From the NCBI GenBank assembly GCA_028534125.1, contig CM052816.1, forward strand, positions 64,048,001-64,112,000: 64,000 nucleotides of DNA, written 5' to 3'. The notes under the pieces are model-generated. The model searched no databases. It was not told the DNA's origin and saw only the letters and a program-made list of their open reading frames with translations. Shown here piece after piece: positions 14,284 to 27,339 of the stretch. This DNA is from Lama glama. Its lineage: Eukaryota. The number at the start of each line of letters is the position of its first letter. Position 1 is the stretch's first letter. Position numbers and translations under genes: made by a program.

Positions 14284-15134
14284 AAGCAAAAATTCAGAAT
14301 CAAAGCTTGAAACCTCACATAGAGAGCATCAAGCTGAGTCTCACTCCCCTAAAAAGCAATCAGGCACTTGCCTAGTAACAAGGGATTCCTAAAATATTTG
14401 CCTTTTTCTAAGAGAAGGCAGCTTCAGCCTTTTGAATGGCTACTCATTGTCTACGCGTCATAAAAATATGCTGGCCTCCCCTGCCCTGGAGCTGAAGAAC
14501 AGCATCCCGTTCCTTTGTTAATCAAGGCCAGGCTGCAGGCGTCCTCACAAGGGGAAATGGCTCCTTCTGAGGCAACAGTACTCTTTGCTTTCTCTGCCCC
14601 TGGGATTTGTGATTCTGGACAAGGCATATGCCTTCTCACCATGTCATTTTCCTCATTTGCAGAGGGAACACACAGTGTCCATTGATTCCTTTGGTTAAGC
14701 TGACTGGTGCCCCTGGCTCACATCCAGTGACTATTTCTCTTTGCAGCAATCCTCAGCTGGGGGTGAGCCAGGAGGGAGATGGCTGCCCACTTAGAGCCCC
14801 AAGCCCCGGTGCTCTCTATCCTGTAAGCTCTCCAAATGCTGGCTTGTTTAGCTGATTCTCTTCAGAAATGCTACCAGATTCCTCTGAAATGTCTGAGTTT
14901 AGTTTAAGTCGGGACTCAAATAGATCCAGGCTGTAGGAGTATAAGCCCTTTTTTCCCAGGGGAAACTCTCCTAGTTGATCTGCATAAATGCTCCTGAACT
15001 CAAACTGTAACTGCAGCAGATGGACTTGTTACCTCTATTTCTATAATTATTGAGAGTTTGTATTTCTCTTTAAAATCTCCATATCACATGCTGTTGCATT
15101 CATCTTCCCCATCTTCTCTCCACCTATTACTACT

Positions 15135-15320
15135 AATAATATTGAGTGCTTGCTATATGCCAAACATACTATCACATTATCCTCACATCCATCTTCAGAG
15201 GTAGGTGCTATTGGTATACCCATTTTACAGATACAAAACTGAGGTTTAAATAAGTTGTGACTCACTCCAGGTTCCACAGGGTAAAAGAGGCAAAAGCTGG
15301 ACTTCATCCAGATGTATGTG
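15135..15320 (-). mobile_element. MIR SINE
   Basis: tattgagtgcttgctatatgcca...cccattttacagatacaaaactgagg. Confidence 0.75.
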
Positions 15321-15524
15321 ATTCCAATCATCTGTGGCTACAAAACAGGTCCTGTTGCTGTTTTAGGAAGTTTCTCAGTCCCTCAACTCAAGTCTCTGTG
15401 CTTCCTTGAAGCAGGATCCCTGCACCGGATCTTCCCTTCTGGCTGTGTCTGTTTAGGAATTCGCTATAGTTTATGCTAGAGTCAAAAATATTTGGAACCA
15501 ACAATGAGGGTAGGGGGACTGGGC

Positions 15525-16510
15525 AGGGAGAAAACTTAGATTCCTACTTTGTACCATATGGAAAAATAAATTCCATATGAATCAAAGATTGAAATGAAAC
15601 AACAGAAGTACGAGAGGAATATATAGGCAAATAGTTAGAAAATCTTGCGGTAGGAAGGACTTTATAGAATAACCACCAAAGTCAGAAACCATAAATTAAA
15701 ATATTGAGAATTTCAACTACACAAAAACTTTAAATGTAAAATGAAATTGATAAATTGGGGGGAAATGCAAAACATGTGACAAAGAATGAATAGACTGAAT
15801 ATATAAAATACTCTTACAAACCAGTAAGTAAAAGATTACTGGTCAGTTAAAAAATATAGTCAAAGAATTAAAAAATAGTCCAATTAAAAAATAGTCAGAG
15901 ATAAAAGAACAAAAAGAAGACTAACATTTATGATTGATGATGATGAAGTCTGGCAAAAGAATTTTGCATTCTCTGCAGGTGGGAGTATCAGTTGACATAA
16001 CCTTTCTAAAGGTCGATTTGACAAAATGTACTAAAACTTTTTTGAAATGCAGAGCAGTTGACCCAGCTGTTTTGAGAAATAGATCTTAAGGAAGTAATTA
16101 AGGGCATGCATAGTGACCCAGCAGGAGAATGACCCTCAAATGGTGTGGACAGAAGGAAAAACTCAGCAATACCCTAAAAGTTGAATAAGGAATGGCATAA
16201 GATATCACACTGCATCCCTGTAATGAAAGTACTGTGAAGGTACTGTGTAGTCAACAAGGAGAGAGTCTATTTATTGAACTATATTCACTGGAAGGATGCT
16301 TGCACGGAAGAATATTAACAAAACACTGTTTTGCAAAGGAAAAGCCAGTTGTCCCACAGAACTGTTTGTACTCAGGATACACAGGAAAGGTTTGTCTGTA
16401 GGTAATGGGAGTGTGTTTGATTGGTTTTTACTTTCTTCCTCTTGCGTGTTTGCGTTTTTCATTAATTCTACAATAAACATGAACCGCTTTTGTAATGAGA
16501 AAGAAAAATA
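15525..16510 (+). mobile_element. Old L1M (L1ME-like) ORF2 3'/3'UTR remnant
   Basis: A-rich degenerate L1 sequence: cttagattcctactt...aaaataaattcca...aaagtcagaaaccataaa...gcaggtgggagtat. Confidence 0.65.
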
Positions 16511-17044
16511 CAATAGGAGTTGTAAAAGAAGAATCACAGAGCCCCAGTCCTTGCTTCCAGGCCACCAAGAATAGGAAGGTTGGCTTGAGTCACAGAATTG
16601 ACCCACACCCTCCTAAGAGGGAGCTGGGACCTGCCAGGAACATCTTGCCCTCAGCACCTTGCTGGTCCCATGGAGGTAGGCCTTTCCCTGAAATCCAGCC
16701 GGTAGTTAGCCCCCAGCTCTCTCGACCCTTCCTCAGAGAGATCTGGGCCCCCAGTACAGGTCCTTGCCCAGGAAACTGAAGGCACGAACAGAGGCTGACT
16801 GCCTCAGGCAGCTCCGTGGGCCAGCAAGGATGCGGCAATGATGCAGCATGTACTCCAGGTTTGGTCTCTGTTGGACGCCTGTGGGTTTGTTCTCCAGAGA
16901 TAGGTTTCTCTTCTCGCCAAAAAAACACCCTTTGACTCACCTGCCCTAGGTTAAGACTCACTAGTGACCGAAGGTGGCTGCCACTATCTGCCAAGTGCTG
17001 ACAGCCCCACCAGCCGTTTGGCTGCAGTCTCCCTCCATTGTCCC

Positions 17045-18130
17045 GGGCCAGCCTTGGGCACGCCTTAAATTCCCCCTAGGAGGCAGAAATGCCAGCTAAC
17101 AGTGTGAGTGGCAGCGAGCCACCCCCGCGAGGCCGTCCAGCCTGGGCAGGGCAACGCGCATTGCTGGGAAGCCATTTGCATCCAGTTACTGGTTCCCGGA
17201 GAGTGGGGGCCAGGGTTCGTCGAGCCAGAATCGGGGCGTCTGCCCCCTGCGCAGGCGTCCTGGGTCACAGGCCACTTCATTCTCTCCTTGGGAACCCCGG
17301 GAGCCTCTATCCTACCCGGACTTCCGCCCGGGGTCTCTGGGCGAGATTGTCCCGGGACGCGAGTTCTCTTCCCTCCTGGAGCCCCCAGCTTCCCCAGCTT
17401 CCCCAGCTGATCGGAAAAGGCGCGCTCCGCCGAAGCCTGGGCTGCGCAGGCTCTGCCTCCTCTGCGGGCAGCGCCAAGGGAAGCGAGGGCATTCCCGCGC
17501 CTGCCGGGGCCGGTCCCGGTCTCCTTCTCCCCCTCCCCGGCGCCCGACACCAGGGGCTTCCTCGCACCTCCCCTGCCCTTAGCCAACAGAGTGTCTCAGA
17601 TTCCGCTGCCTCCTCGGGGTGGGACTCCAGCGCGCCAGAGCCCGTGAAGCCGGGGCGTTGCGGGGTGAGGGGGCGCTGGAGGCGCCGCGGGGCCCAGATC
17701 GCTTTGTCGGGTGGCCTCTGCTTTTCCTCTGCCCCCACTGCAGGCCTGAGGTCTCTGAGGGGCACTCATGACCACCGCGGGGGAAAGCAGGGAAGAGGAA
17801 GGGGCTCCTAGGCCTGGACCGCGCGTTCAAGGCACATGGCGCTGCTGGGCGCTCAGAGAAACAGACCCAGGCTTGCCGGACGGAGAAAGAGGTGGAGACC
17901 CCGCAGTCCGGCCACGTCAGAGCTGCGGAGCTCACCAAAGGCCAGAACTAATTTACTAAAAGAGCAAAATTTAAGAGGGGGAATTTGACACAGTAATAGC
18001 GACAGCATCTGGAGGGAAACCGCAAGGGGAAAAAAAAAGTTGTGAATCAGGCTTTTGCGCAGGGACTCAGATTTTGCAATAGGCGCTTAATTAAACATAA
18101 AATGTATCGATACGGTAGGCAAGTCGCGTT
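17045..18130. promoter_or_regulatory. CpG island (apparently orphan; candidate poised enhancer or lncRNA promoter)
   Basis: Abrupt GC- and CpG-rich segment in CpG-depleted surroundings. Overlapping ORFs are low-complexity G/P/R/A with no recognisable domain. Confidence 0.85.
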
Positions 18131-18180
18131 CCTGAGAAGGTAAAAATACAGTGGACTCCCCCACACCCCAGATGCTCCAC

Positions 18181-18357
18181 CTGCCTGCTGTAATTACAGG
18201 GCTTCAGAGAGGAGGGGAAAGAACACGACAAGAGCGAAATCTGCTTGCATATTTTTCTTCTATTGTGCCGGGCTCATTTGAATTATAATGTGTTGCCGGC
18301 CCGAGTAGAAAATTTTGTGCCTTGAATAATGAATCCCCCTGGAGCCCGCGGTACCTG
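18181..18357. promoter_or_regulatory. Putative enhancer / duplicated non-coding element, copy A
   Basis: Four collinear blocks shared with 29280-29445; motifs TAATTA, TGCATATT, ATTGT, CTCATTTGAAT, TGAATAATGA. Confidence 0.65.
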
Positions 18358-19089
18358 TACTTCTCTTCAGTGTCCTCTGAGAATAACGTGTTCAACATTC
18401 AAGTGACAACACTGGAAAGGATTTCAAAGCCCCGGAGCCCCAGAAGGCTGTACACCCTGATGGCTCTTCTGCCTGCCCTCTCTTTGGCTTCCAAATGCAG
18501 CAAGCTCTTTCTTTACTTAAAATATGTTCATCTTCCACACAGGTCCTGGCTGTACCACAGAAATACAGTCCAGATAAGTAGGCTCTTACTTCTAAATCTG
18601 AGCTAGCTCTACCAGCACAAAGGTACCAAGCTGCTCAGGTCCCAGGGTACTACCTAGATTTTTTTTTTTAATGGAAAAACTGGGTACCAGAGAGGCGCAA
18701 CGTCTTGTCACAAGCCAAAACAGGCTTTTCTGGTATTGATATTATTTGACTGGCTCAGGGTAGCTTTCCATAAGAAAAGAGAGTAAACGTTCAGTAATTT
18801 AGTAATACAGACACGGTTTAAGTCACACACAGTATCTAAACCTTTGGGAGGCTCCATAGTTCTGAACAGCTATTTGATAGGGGTTTGAAGTTAAGGGGCA
18901 GAAGGAAAACAATCTGAAAATCTCAGTAAGATGAGAGAATAAAAGCTTTACAAAATGAAAGAAGCAAGCGGTCTTTCATGCCTAAACTTCCAGTTTTGTT
19001 TTGTTTTTGTTTTTAGTTGAGCATTCTTTCTGGCTTGAAACAGATTCAGAAGCCTTTTTAAAAAACAAGTCACTTTTGGCCAGATATAT

Positions 19090-19400
19090 TAAGGTATATG
19101 CATATGATACCATGGAACCAATAAAAAAAAAAGGTTCTTAGCAGATATGGAGGGATTTCCAAGATACATTACTGAGTAAAAAGCAAATATACTACTGCTT
19201 GAATAGGATGAAAAGATCAAAGGAAAGTGTATATGCAGATTTGTTTACATAGCCATAGAATATCTTTGGACAGATACTGCTTTTGGGGATGGGATGGGAA
19301 GACAGGAAGAGGGGACTGTGCCCTCTTTATCTAAATCCTTTGTCAGTTTGTTTTTAAACAATGTAAATGAATTGCTTGTTTAAAAAATAAACAAAATGTA
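19090..19400 (+). mobile_element. Old L1ME 3'UTR fragment
   Basis: gatatggagggatttccaagatacattactgagtaaaaagcaa is a typical L1ME 3'UTR motif. Confidence 0.55.
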
Positions 19401-20251
19401 ATAAATATTACAGTCATTCAAGCTGTCATACAGCCTGGTCAGGGTGTGGGGATGAAGGGGGGACAGCATGGTTAATTGTTAATTTCCACTAGTTTAAATT
19501 AATTGTAGCCATTACTTCCTCATTTTTTCATCCAGGCTGTTAATAACTTGCCAAATGAAGCTGATACAGAGTTTTCTTCTCTGTCTGCTCCTTCTCTCTA
19601 ACCGAGGCACAGACAGACAGGCAAGGAAAAAACCTGAAAATGGGGTAGAGGAAGGAAGTGAATACAAAAGCAAAGACCAGGTTTAATCAGTAAGTTAACA
19701 AAGGATAGCTGACTACAGTCGTTTACTTTCTGAGCCGGGACATTCCCTTTGTGTCCTGAGAACTATTTCAGGACTTTGTGAGTTCCTACTTATTAACATT
19801 CTAAGAGCTTTGAGCTGAAAAGCAGAGAACCCCAAGGCCTGGGAAAGGCAAGAACTCTGCCAGACCTTTGGGTCTGGCTGAACCATCTTGAAATAGCTCT
19901 TTAAAGTCTGCTGTACCACTTCCAGCAGCTGCAAAGAGCAGGGAAACACAGAGGGTCATCCCGTGGTCTGAGACATTACTCCAAAGAGCTCTCAATCCTG
20001 CTTCTCAAATGCTTGACCCTGCAGTCCAACCGATTTCCAAGAGGCAGAGAGTGAGCCCAAGAGCCCAGTTGGGCCCCCAAAGAGGGCCATCCTCCCCAAA
20101 GACAGAAGTGGAAGCTTCCTCTGTGATAAGTTCTTCCTACACAAACAAAAAAAGCAAACCAAACAAAAACACACAAAAATCCTTTTTTTTTTTTTTTAAC
20201 CTGCTCTCTGATTCCCTTTCACAGAGCCCAAACCTCCTTCTCTCCACTTAG

Positions 20252-20390
20252 AGCAGAGTTTTTCAACCTTGGCACTATTGACATTTTGTACCAGATAATT
20301 CTTTGTTATTGGAGGGCTGTACTGTGCATTGCAGGATGTTAAGCAGCAATCCTCTGTCTGCTAAGTGCCAGCAGCACCCCTCCCCAGGTC
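20252..20390 (-). mobile_element. MER20 hAT MITE
   Basis: ttttcaaccttggcactattgacatttt...gataattctttgtt...gggctgtactgtgcattgcaggatgttaagcagca is the reverse complement of the MER20 3' half. Confidence 0.85.
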
Positions 20391-20460
20391 GGGATATACA
20401 CATATATACAACAAATGTATATATTTGTTAGAAGTCAGAGATAAGGTGACATTAAGATGC

Positions 20461-20972
20461 TGTGCTAGATGCTTCCTGTTTACCCCTCCAGACCCACTCT
20501 CTGCCCTTCTCCACCCTGCTCTGTGCCTCAGGAGCTTGACTCTTACAGGCTGCGCTGACGGGCTTCATCATCATGCTGTCTCTGTGTTCTGGGTGGGGCT
20601 GGCTATTGGGAGGAACTAGCCAGTGGGGGTGTGGGAGGAGTGTGAGACAGGTTACTCTGGATCCCCCTTAACCAGATTATGGTTGGCTGATATAGCTTCC
20701 CTCTTCCACAGGGCACAGCTTCTGTCAGGAGGCTGTCTGCAAGAACCGTCTCTCTCTCTCTGGCAGGCAGTAAACGCTCTCTCCTCTTGGACTTCAGGCC
20801 TAAGAGCAGTGACCATTTTCTGCTGTTGTTAGCTCCAGGATACTGTACTATTCCTCACTGGTTTCCCTAAGCTTTCCCTGCCTATGCTTTTGAGTCACCC
20901 CTTTATTAAAAATCTCCTTAAATTACTCAGTCTGAGTATGCCATCTGTCTCCCGCTGGACCCTGATGGATAC
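20461..20972 (+). mobile_element. LTR33-like ERVL solo LTR
   Basis: cccctccagacccactctctgcccttctccaccctgctctgtgcc at the start; ccctttattaaa...gccatctgtctcc...ggaccctga at the end. Confidence 0.7.
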
Positions 20973-22584
20973 GAATGATATGGGAAACCATTTGATGGAG
21001 GAGTTGTTAGTCTGAGACAGGATTTAGGAATTCTTGAATTCCTTGACCAAACACCCAATACATTGAAGTGCCTTGAACCAAAGTGATTGTGGTGCCCTTT
21101 CTCTGTGTATTTCTGCCCCAATAACCAAACCCAGGGCTGAGATCTCCCACTTGCAGCATGAGAAAGCATTTGTCCCAATACCAAGAGTAGAGGTTATCCA
21201 GGCCATATCTGGCCTTCTCAAAACAGACATGATTGAAGACTAAAAAATTTTTAAAAAGCATGAGAAAAGAGATAGCAAGATCTTTCCCCAAGAGAGCAAG
21301 CTCTGTCCCCTTTATCACTTAAGCCACACAAAAGAGAGAGGAAAACATTGGCATGTTAATCCCTTTGTAAGTGCATTATCTGGAAAATGAGGGCAAATGA
21401 GCATCTTCCAATTTAACGCAAAAGTTTCTCCATAGACGTAGAAAGTCTTCATCCTAATTCTAATGTATACAGCAGAATAAGTAAAATACGTAGGCTGCGT
21501 GGGAGAAGGGGGGTCCTCTTCCCTGGCCCCTGGGCTATCTGGGTTGGACAGGGGGAGGCTGTCCCAGGCCTCAGCTGCCAGGAGGTGGGAAGGAACAGAG
21601 CTCCTGTATGGCTCTGACCCGCAAATGCCCAACGATAAGGAGGGCAAGTGTGGCAAGGATGAGCCCAGGGAGCCAGCCCTGCATCTGGCAGTGGTGCCTC
21701 TGGGCCATACCAGGACAACAACCTCGATTGTCCCTCCCAACAGTAGCCCTGCTGATCTCAGAGAAAAGAAAGCCATGGGGCCATTTGGACCAGGCCTCTG
21801 CAGAAAGAATGCTGCCCTTTCTTTGCAGCTTCGGGTCCCAGAGTCATGGAATCAACAGCTCAGAAGCTGGCAGCCCCCTCGGAGGCCTGGGCAGCCTCCC
21901 CCATGATCACATGGCCCAAGACACTCTGTTCTTTGTGACAGCAGCTTGGCTGGATGGGCTGAGGACCTCCGCAGACAAAGATGCTTCAGGTGCCCCCCTG
22001 AACCCCTCGGATATTGATGAAAGAGCCTCTCTCCTCTCATCTGTGCCCCCAGCATGCCCAGCTCACCTGGTCTCTGGGCACCCCCATGACCTGATGCTTG
22101 ACTGTTATTCACAGTAGACACAGCCCCTCCCTCAGCCAATGCCAGAGGCAGCACTGGACTCAGGGAGCAGAAGGGCAGACAGACACCTTCAGGGCGTTTG
22201 CCTCATGCAGCTAACGTCAGAGATGTTTTATTACACAAGATTTGAGGTCATGTTGCTTCTTAGATAAAAGGAACTTTGCTTCAAAGAAATTTACTTGCTA
22301 AACAATGCTAGGAAAATTGCCAGGCTATCACTAGGCACAGCCAGCCACTTTTGAGTTGCCCAGTGTTTCCAGAACTGCCAAGTAAATTGCTCACATTAGA
22401 TCAGAGCTCCAGAGAGTGGATCACAGAACCCTGTGGGCCCTCAGTTTCTCCCTCTGTAAGAACACAGAGGCTGGACTGAATGAACCTCTAAGATATTTCC
22501 AGCTCTACACTCCATTCATACTTAGGAACAGCCTGTCTCTTGGCACCTGCCAAGGCCAAGTTAGTCAAGAAGGAAAAGGAGGCA

Positions 22585-22820
22585 GCACAACTCTGGAGCT
22601 AGACTGCCCAGGTTCGAATCCCAACTCTATAGCTTACCGTCCGTGTAACACTGGGTGAGCTATTTCATCTCTCTCTGCCTCAGCTTCCTCATTTGAGAAG
22701 TAGGGGCAACTTCAGTACTTGCTTCACAGGGTTGTCATGAGGCTTAAACAAAGTAACACCTGCAATGTGTTTAGAACACATCTAGCACAGGGTAGGCACA
22801 CCGTAAGCATTTGCTATTTT
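22585..22820 (+). mobile_element. MIR SINE
   Basis: ctctggagctagactgcccaggttcgaatccca...ctctctgcctcagcttcctcat...cagggttgtcatgagg. Confidence 0.8.
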
Positions 22821-24454
22821 CATTGCTCTCTTTACTTTTACAGAATGCCGTCTGAGTCTTTTCCTGTCACAGTTAAGCCTTGCTAAAAGCAATTTGGCAA
22901 ATGGGCTCTCACAGGGCAGAGACTGGTTATTTTTCTGGGGGAACTGAAAATAATGCCAACTTTATTCCCTTCTCAGCTAGCATTCTCCTGGGCTGGGAAG
23001 GAGGTTTGGTGAGGGGGCTGCAGTGATTTACAGAATTTGGCAGGATGCCATTTCTTCCAGATTGGAGAAAAAAGTGAAGCCCAGAGAAAGGCCCAATCAG
23101 GAGCCTCCACGCAGGTCATGGAGAGCGCCAAGGCTCTGTCTGACCCTGAGCCTGCAGCAGGCTCCTTCACCCACCACCCACCTCTGCCTTCTACCAAGAG
23201 CCTCCATTTCCTGCCAGGGCTCAGGCCTGCACTCAGGGCCCTCCCTGCACAGCTGGTGGCTGGGCCATGCCAATGAGCCCTCGTATACCACTTCCACAGG
23301 CCTGGAGCCACAGCCGAGGGGGCTAAAGCGCTGGGCAGTAACTGCCGCTGAATGGAGGCTGAGGAGTCATGGCCCCTTGGACCAGGAGCACAACCACAGG
23401 TGGAGGGCTGATCTGGGGCCCCCGTGGTTAGTTCCCAGGCAGCACAGGGTAGGAATGGACCATGACCTTGGGTCCCAGCCCGTGCAGGGCCTAGGAGGCT
23501 CCATCTACACAGCCCATTAACAAGTAGGCATTGGACAAGGCTCTAGGTATATCCACTTTTACCGCTACAGATCCCCCCACCCTTCCTGAGCCTGCTCTGC
23601 CATTGGAGAAGGTACCACTGGCTTCCCTTGCCCTCTGGATTCTGGTTGGGTTTGGCAGTAGAAGGTAGTACCATGAGAACTGAGGGCAAAACTCAAGTGA
23701 GGTCAGGACATTCAGTTCCCTGGCCCCCACTCCCAGTCCATCCAAGATCCCTTTTCCTAAAGCCATAAGTTCCATCAGAAAGGCCTCTCCACGGGCTCAG
23801 TTCCCTCCTCTTGACCCCGTCAGGCCTAGGAGTGAGTGAGGCCTCTTCCTGCTTCCAGCCCCTGTTGTTTTCCCTGAACCTTGCCCACAGCTTTGTCGAT
23901 AGGCCCTAAGTCCCCTAACTGCCTGGCATGGGCATGCCCTGTGTCCTGAAGGACCTTGATACAGGCCCAGTGTTGGCCCAAAGGCTCATCACCTCATCAT
24001 CAGCTTCCTCTTCTTTTTCTTTCCGCATGTTTGTACCACAAAAGAATACCTATGGCATGCATGCAAGATATGAAGTCATGACTCAACTTAAAAATATAAT
24101 AGTATCAATGCTTTTGAAACTTTCTGTGTGTTTCACAGCCACATTTCTATCCCGGACATGTACGTACACACACACGCATGCATGCACAAGCACAAAGTTC
24201 ACTACAGCAAAAGGCAAGGGAAAACCAGGCACCTCCTTTTTGCACTTGTCAGCTCAGGGTTCACATCCTAGCTGGCACATCTGACCCAACAGACCATGTA
24301 CTGGCAATGCCATGGGGTGGGACAGCCACACAAAATTAGACCCTCAATGGGTAGAACCCAGGGGACAGGGAACACTGGAGTAATTCTCCTAGTCCTGTCT
24401 GCTTCCTAATGGGGGACAAGGACAAAATGCCACACACCCAGGACTTTGGGGTAG

Positions 24455-24900
24455 CTCTCCTTCCTTCCTGCTGTGATAATCATTACTGTACGCAGCCCAG
24501 CAATTTGGCGCCTCAGCAGCCAGACTCCTGGTAGGTGCCTGGGCCTGACCATTATGGGGGATATTATGATCATGATTACAGGATGGCTGAGCCGTCCAGC
24601 AAAGTGACCGGTAATTTGCAATCTAATGGCCATTCAGTGGTGGGTAATATTATGGACCTTACCCTGCAATTGTAAAACAACCGGCCCTCTCTAATGCAGC
24701 AGTTTTCCCATCTAAAGCCCGGCCTTTGCTTTTGATTTCTGCTAATCAGTAGCTGTGCCAGCTTTGGCTTTAGCTTTGGAGAAGCTAAACAAGGGAGCGT
24801 GAAATGATACACTCCTCTTAGGACTGAGAAGTTTAGGCAGCTCTGTCAAGTGGAGAAAACAACAAGTGAAAGAAGCATCTGGAAGGCAATTTCATTTCTT
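24455..24900. promoter_or_regulatory. Candidate conserved enhancer, rich in homeodomain cores
   Basis: Repeat-free; about eleven TAAT/ATTA cores in 24470-24750 and several retained CpGs. Confidence 0.45.
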
Positions 24901-27339
24901 AAAAGAGTAACAGAAAACGGCCCGAAAGCTTTGCAGAATGTAGCAAGTGTTGCCTGGGAATCCAGGAAACCGGCACGGCCAGGTGCGCACACAGGTCCCG
25001 TTGGGTGCACACCCACAGCCCAAACCCATTTCTGATACACACACTCACATACACGGACACACAGGAAAATAGGCACAGACTCGCAGAATAGGCATTGAGG
25101 GTCTCTTCTGCAGGCTGCCCACAATTCTGCTAGTGAGCACAGCCTACTTCCATCTGCCTTGATGGCAGTAGGCATTGTCAGGAGAGAAGACAGTCAGATT
25201 AGAGGTTCAGGTCCCACTTGTATCACAGTCCACTGAGACACCTCAGTTTCATGCATGTGGACCCGCAGCAACACTCAATGTTGAACAGATAAGGGCTCTT
25301 TCTAACCCGCCCCCATAAATCTTGGATCAGTCCCACCACAGTCTGGGGCCAGCTGAGTCTACAGGTGTGGAATTCCTGGTTTCAGCTGCCAGTCAAAGAG
25401 CTGAGAGGCACAGAGCCAGGCAGCCCATTATAAAAACCCACCCCAGGGCTTCTGGAACACAAATGTCCAGGCCAGTTGGGCACTTCCCCTTCCCTCCAGG
25501 GGCCTCCCCTCAGCCTCCTCGTCAGCCAGGTCCCACAGCTGCCAAGCAGAGAGGCTGACTCCAAAAGGGGAACAGTGCTCCATGGAGCCCCTCTCAGAAC
25601 GCTATATCCCTGAACAGCTGGGGCTTTGGGGCACTTGTCCCCTGTGAAACTGCTCATTCCAGAGCGATGGAAATGCACACTGAAAGCCATCATCTCTCAG
25701 ACCCTCTACCTGTCATATTGGGATGGCAAGAAAGTTGAGCTGCACGGTTTCAGATGGAAATCAGTGTCTCTGACTCGGTGTAAATGGCTTCTGAGTTCTT
25801 AGGCTGTTTGTGACTAGTTCTCATCCAATGGGACAGGCAGGCCAGAGAACACCAGCGTTGACTTCACTACCCTTCAGAGATACACAGGACACCCAGAGTA
25901 GAAAAGTGCATCAGAAAGCACATCTCTCAGCTTCACAGCGAGGAAACGGAGATCTAGAGAAATGAGAGGTGCTCACAGCACCACACAGTCAGCAACTGAG
26001 ACTGCTGTTTCTTTCCTCAGCTGTGACAGAAGGTTGGGGGCGAGGGGGTGTCCAGAACAGGTGGCTAATGCTTCCAAATTAATAGTGCTACTTCACAGGG
26101 CCCTCTGGGGATAAAAACGTTAGGTGTAAAGCAGCTTCATCATAAACCAAGAGCAACAGTGTTGGTGCATCATGCTGTGCAGCGGCCACCGAGAGCTGAT
26201 GCAAGTGCCGGTCACATCTCCTAACCTGAGAAAGAGGAAAGGAGTCGTTTGCCGTGGGCGTGGAGTCAGAGCTGCCTGAGAGCCACGTCAGCAGGTGGTG
26301 TGAGCTCAGAGCTGCTGAAGGACATTTGAGTCTGCAGCAGCCACACCTCCCCCAGGAAGAGGCTCTGGGTGCAGCCAGGGCCCCAGAGTTGACCCCACTC
26401 TGTCATTTGGCTGCCCTGAGAGGACCCTCGGGCCATGGCCATGCTCACACCCACAGAGGGCTAGACCAGCTCCTCAGAGGCCTGGGAAGCAACAGTCCAC
26501 TTAGCCCCCAAGTGGGTGACAGCCCCCAGTGTAACCTCCCACCTCCTGATCCGTGAGAGTGGGTGAGATCTGGGCATCTGAGTATCTATTATCCAGCATG
26601 GTGGCACAGGACATCATGGGAGAAGGGGAAGGAATGTCCCACAAAATGAAGAGTTTACCCCTCGGTGAAGCCCACCATTCTCACCTTCTCCCTGACTCCC
26701 TGGAGGAGCTGACACAGAGGCCAGCATGGTTTGTAGACTATTCTGAATCCTGAGCTTTTAGAACTGGAGAGGTTCTCAAAGAAGACACCAGTAATTCCCA
26801 GTGCAGAACTCAAGGGCAGGAAACCTAAGTGTTAGGGACAAAATAAAAAATTTGGGTTTTCAAGCCCAGCCTCCAGGGAGTCTTATTCAGAAGGCCCAGA
26901 AATCTCCATGTTTAAGAAGCTCTCAGGGTGATTTCCCAACCACTGCAGTGAGCCAGTCCTCCCCCTACAAAAGAAGAACCTGTGGTCCAGAGGCCCGTGT
27001 CACTCAGCATGGCTGAGGTGACAGGCCACAGATGCAAGTGCCTCCAGTGGGGTTGAATGTGAGCTCTGCAGCCCACTTCCTGGGAGACCATAGCGAGCCT
27101 CCTAAACCCTCTGGCCCAGTAATTCCACTGCTAGAAATTCTCAAGAGGCCACAGGTTCCTGGAAGCATGGTTTGTAATAGTAAAAGACTAGGGCCAACAT
27201 AATTTTCCATCAAGAGACTAATTGTATGAATTATGGCACATTCATGCTGTGGAACACTATGAAGATTCCAAAAGAAAAACAGTAAAACGGCAGCTCTGTG
27301 TGTGCTGCTGTAAGAAGTGAAAAAAGCAAGGTATAATCC

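Noticed and set aside
15846..15897. Three imperfect copies of ttaaaaaatagtc; similar micro-duplications at ~5930-5950, ~17388-17408, ~57970-57998 and ~60168-60187
   Set aside because: Ordinary slippage duplications; no unique spacers, so not CRISPR-like.
17065..17938. Several 100-240-aa ORFs across the CpG island
   Set aside because: Expected from stop-codon scarcity in GC-rich DNA; open on both strands with no domain.
18244..18296. Weak fold-back in the duplicated element core (pre-miRNA or snoRNA?)
   Set aside because: Stem has many mismatches, no clear compensatory changes between copies, and no convincing C/D or H/ACA boxes.
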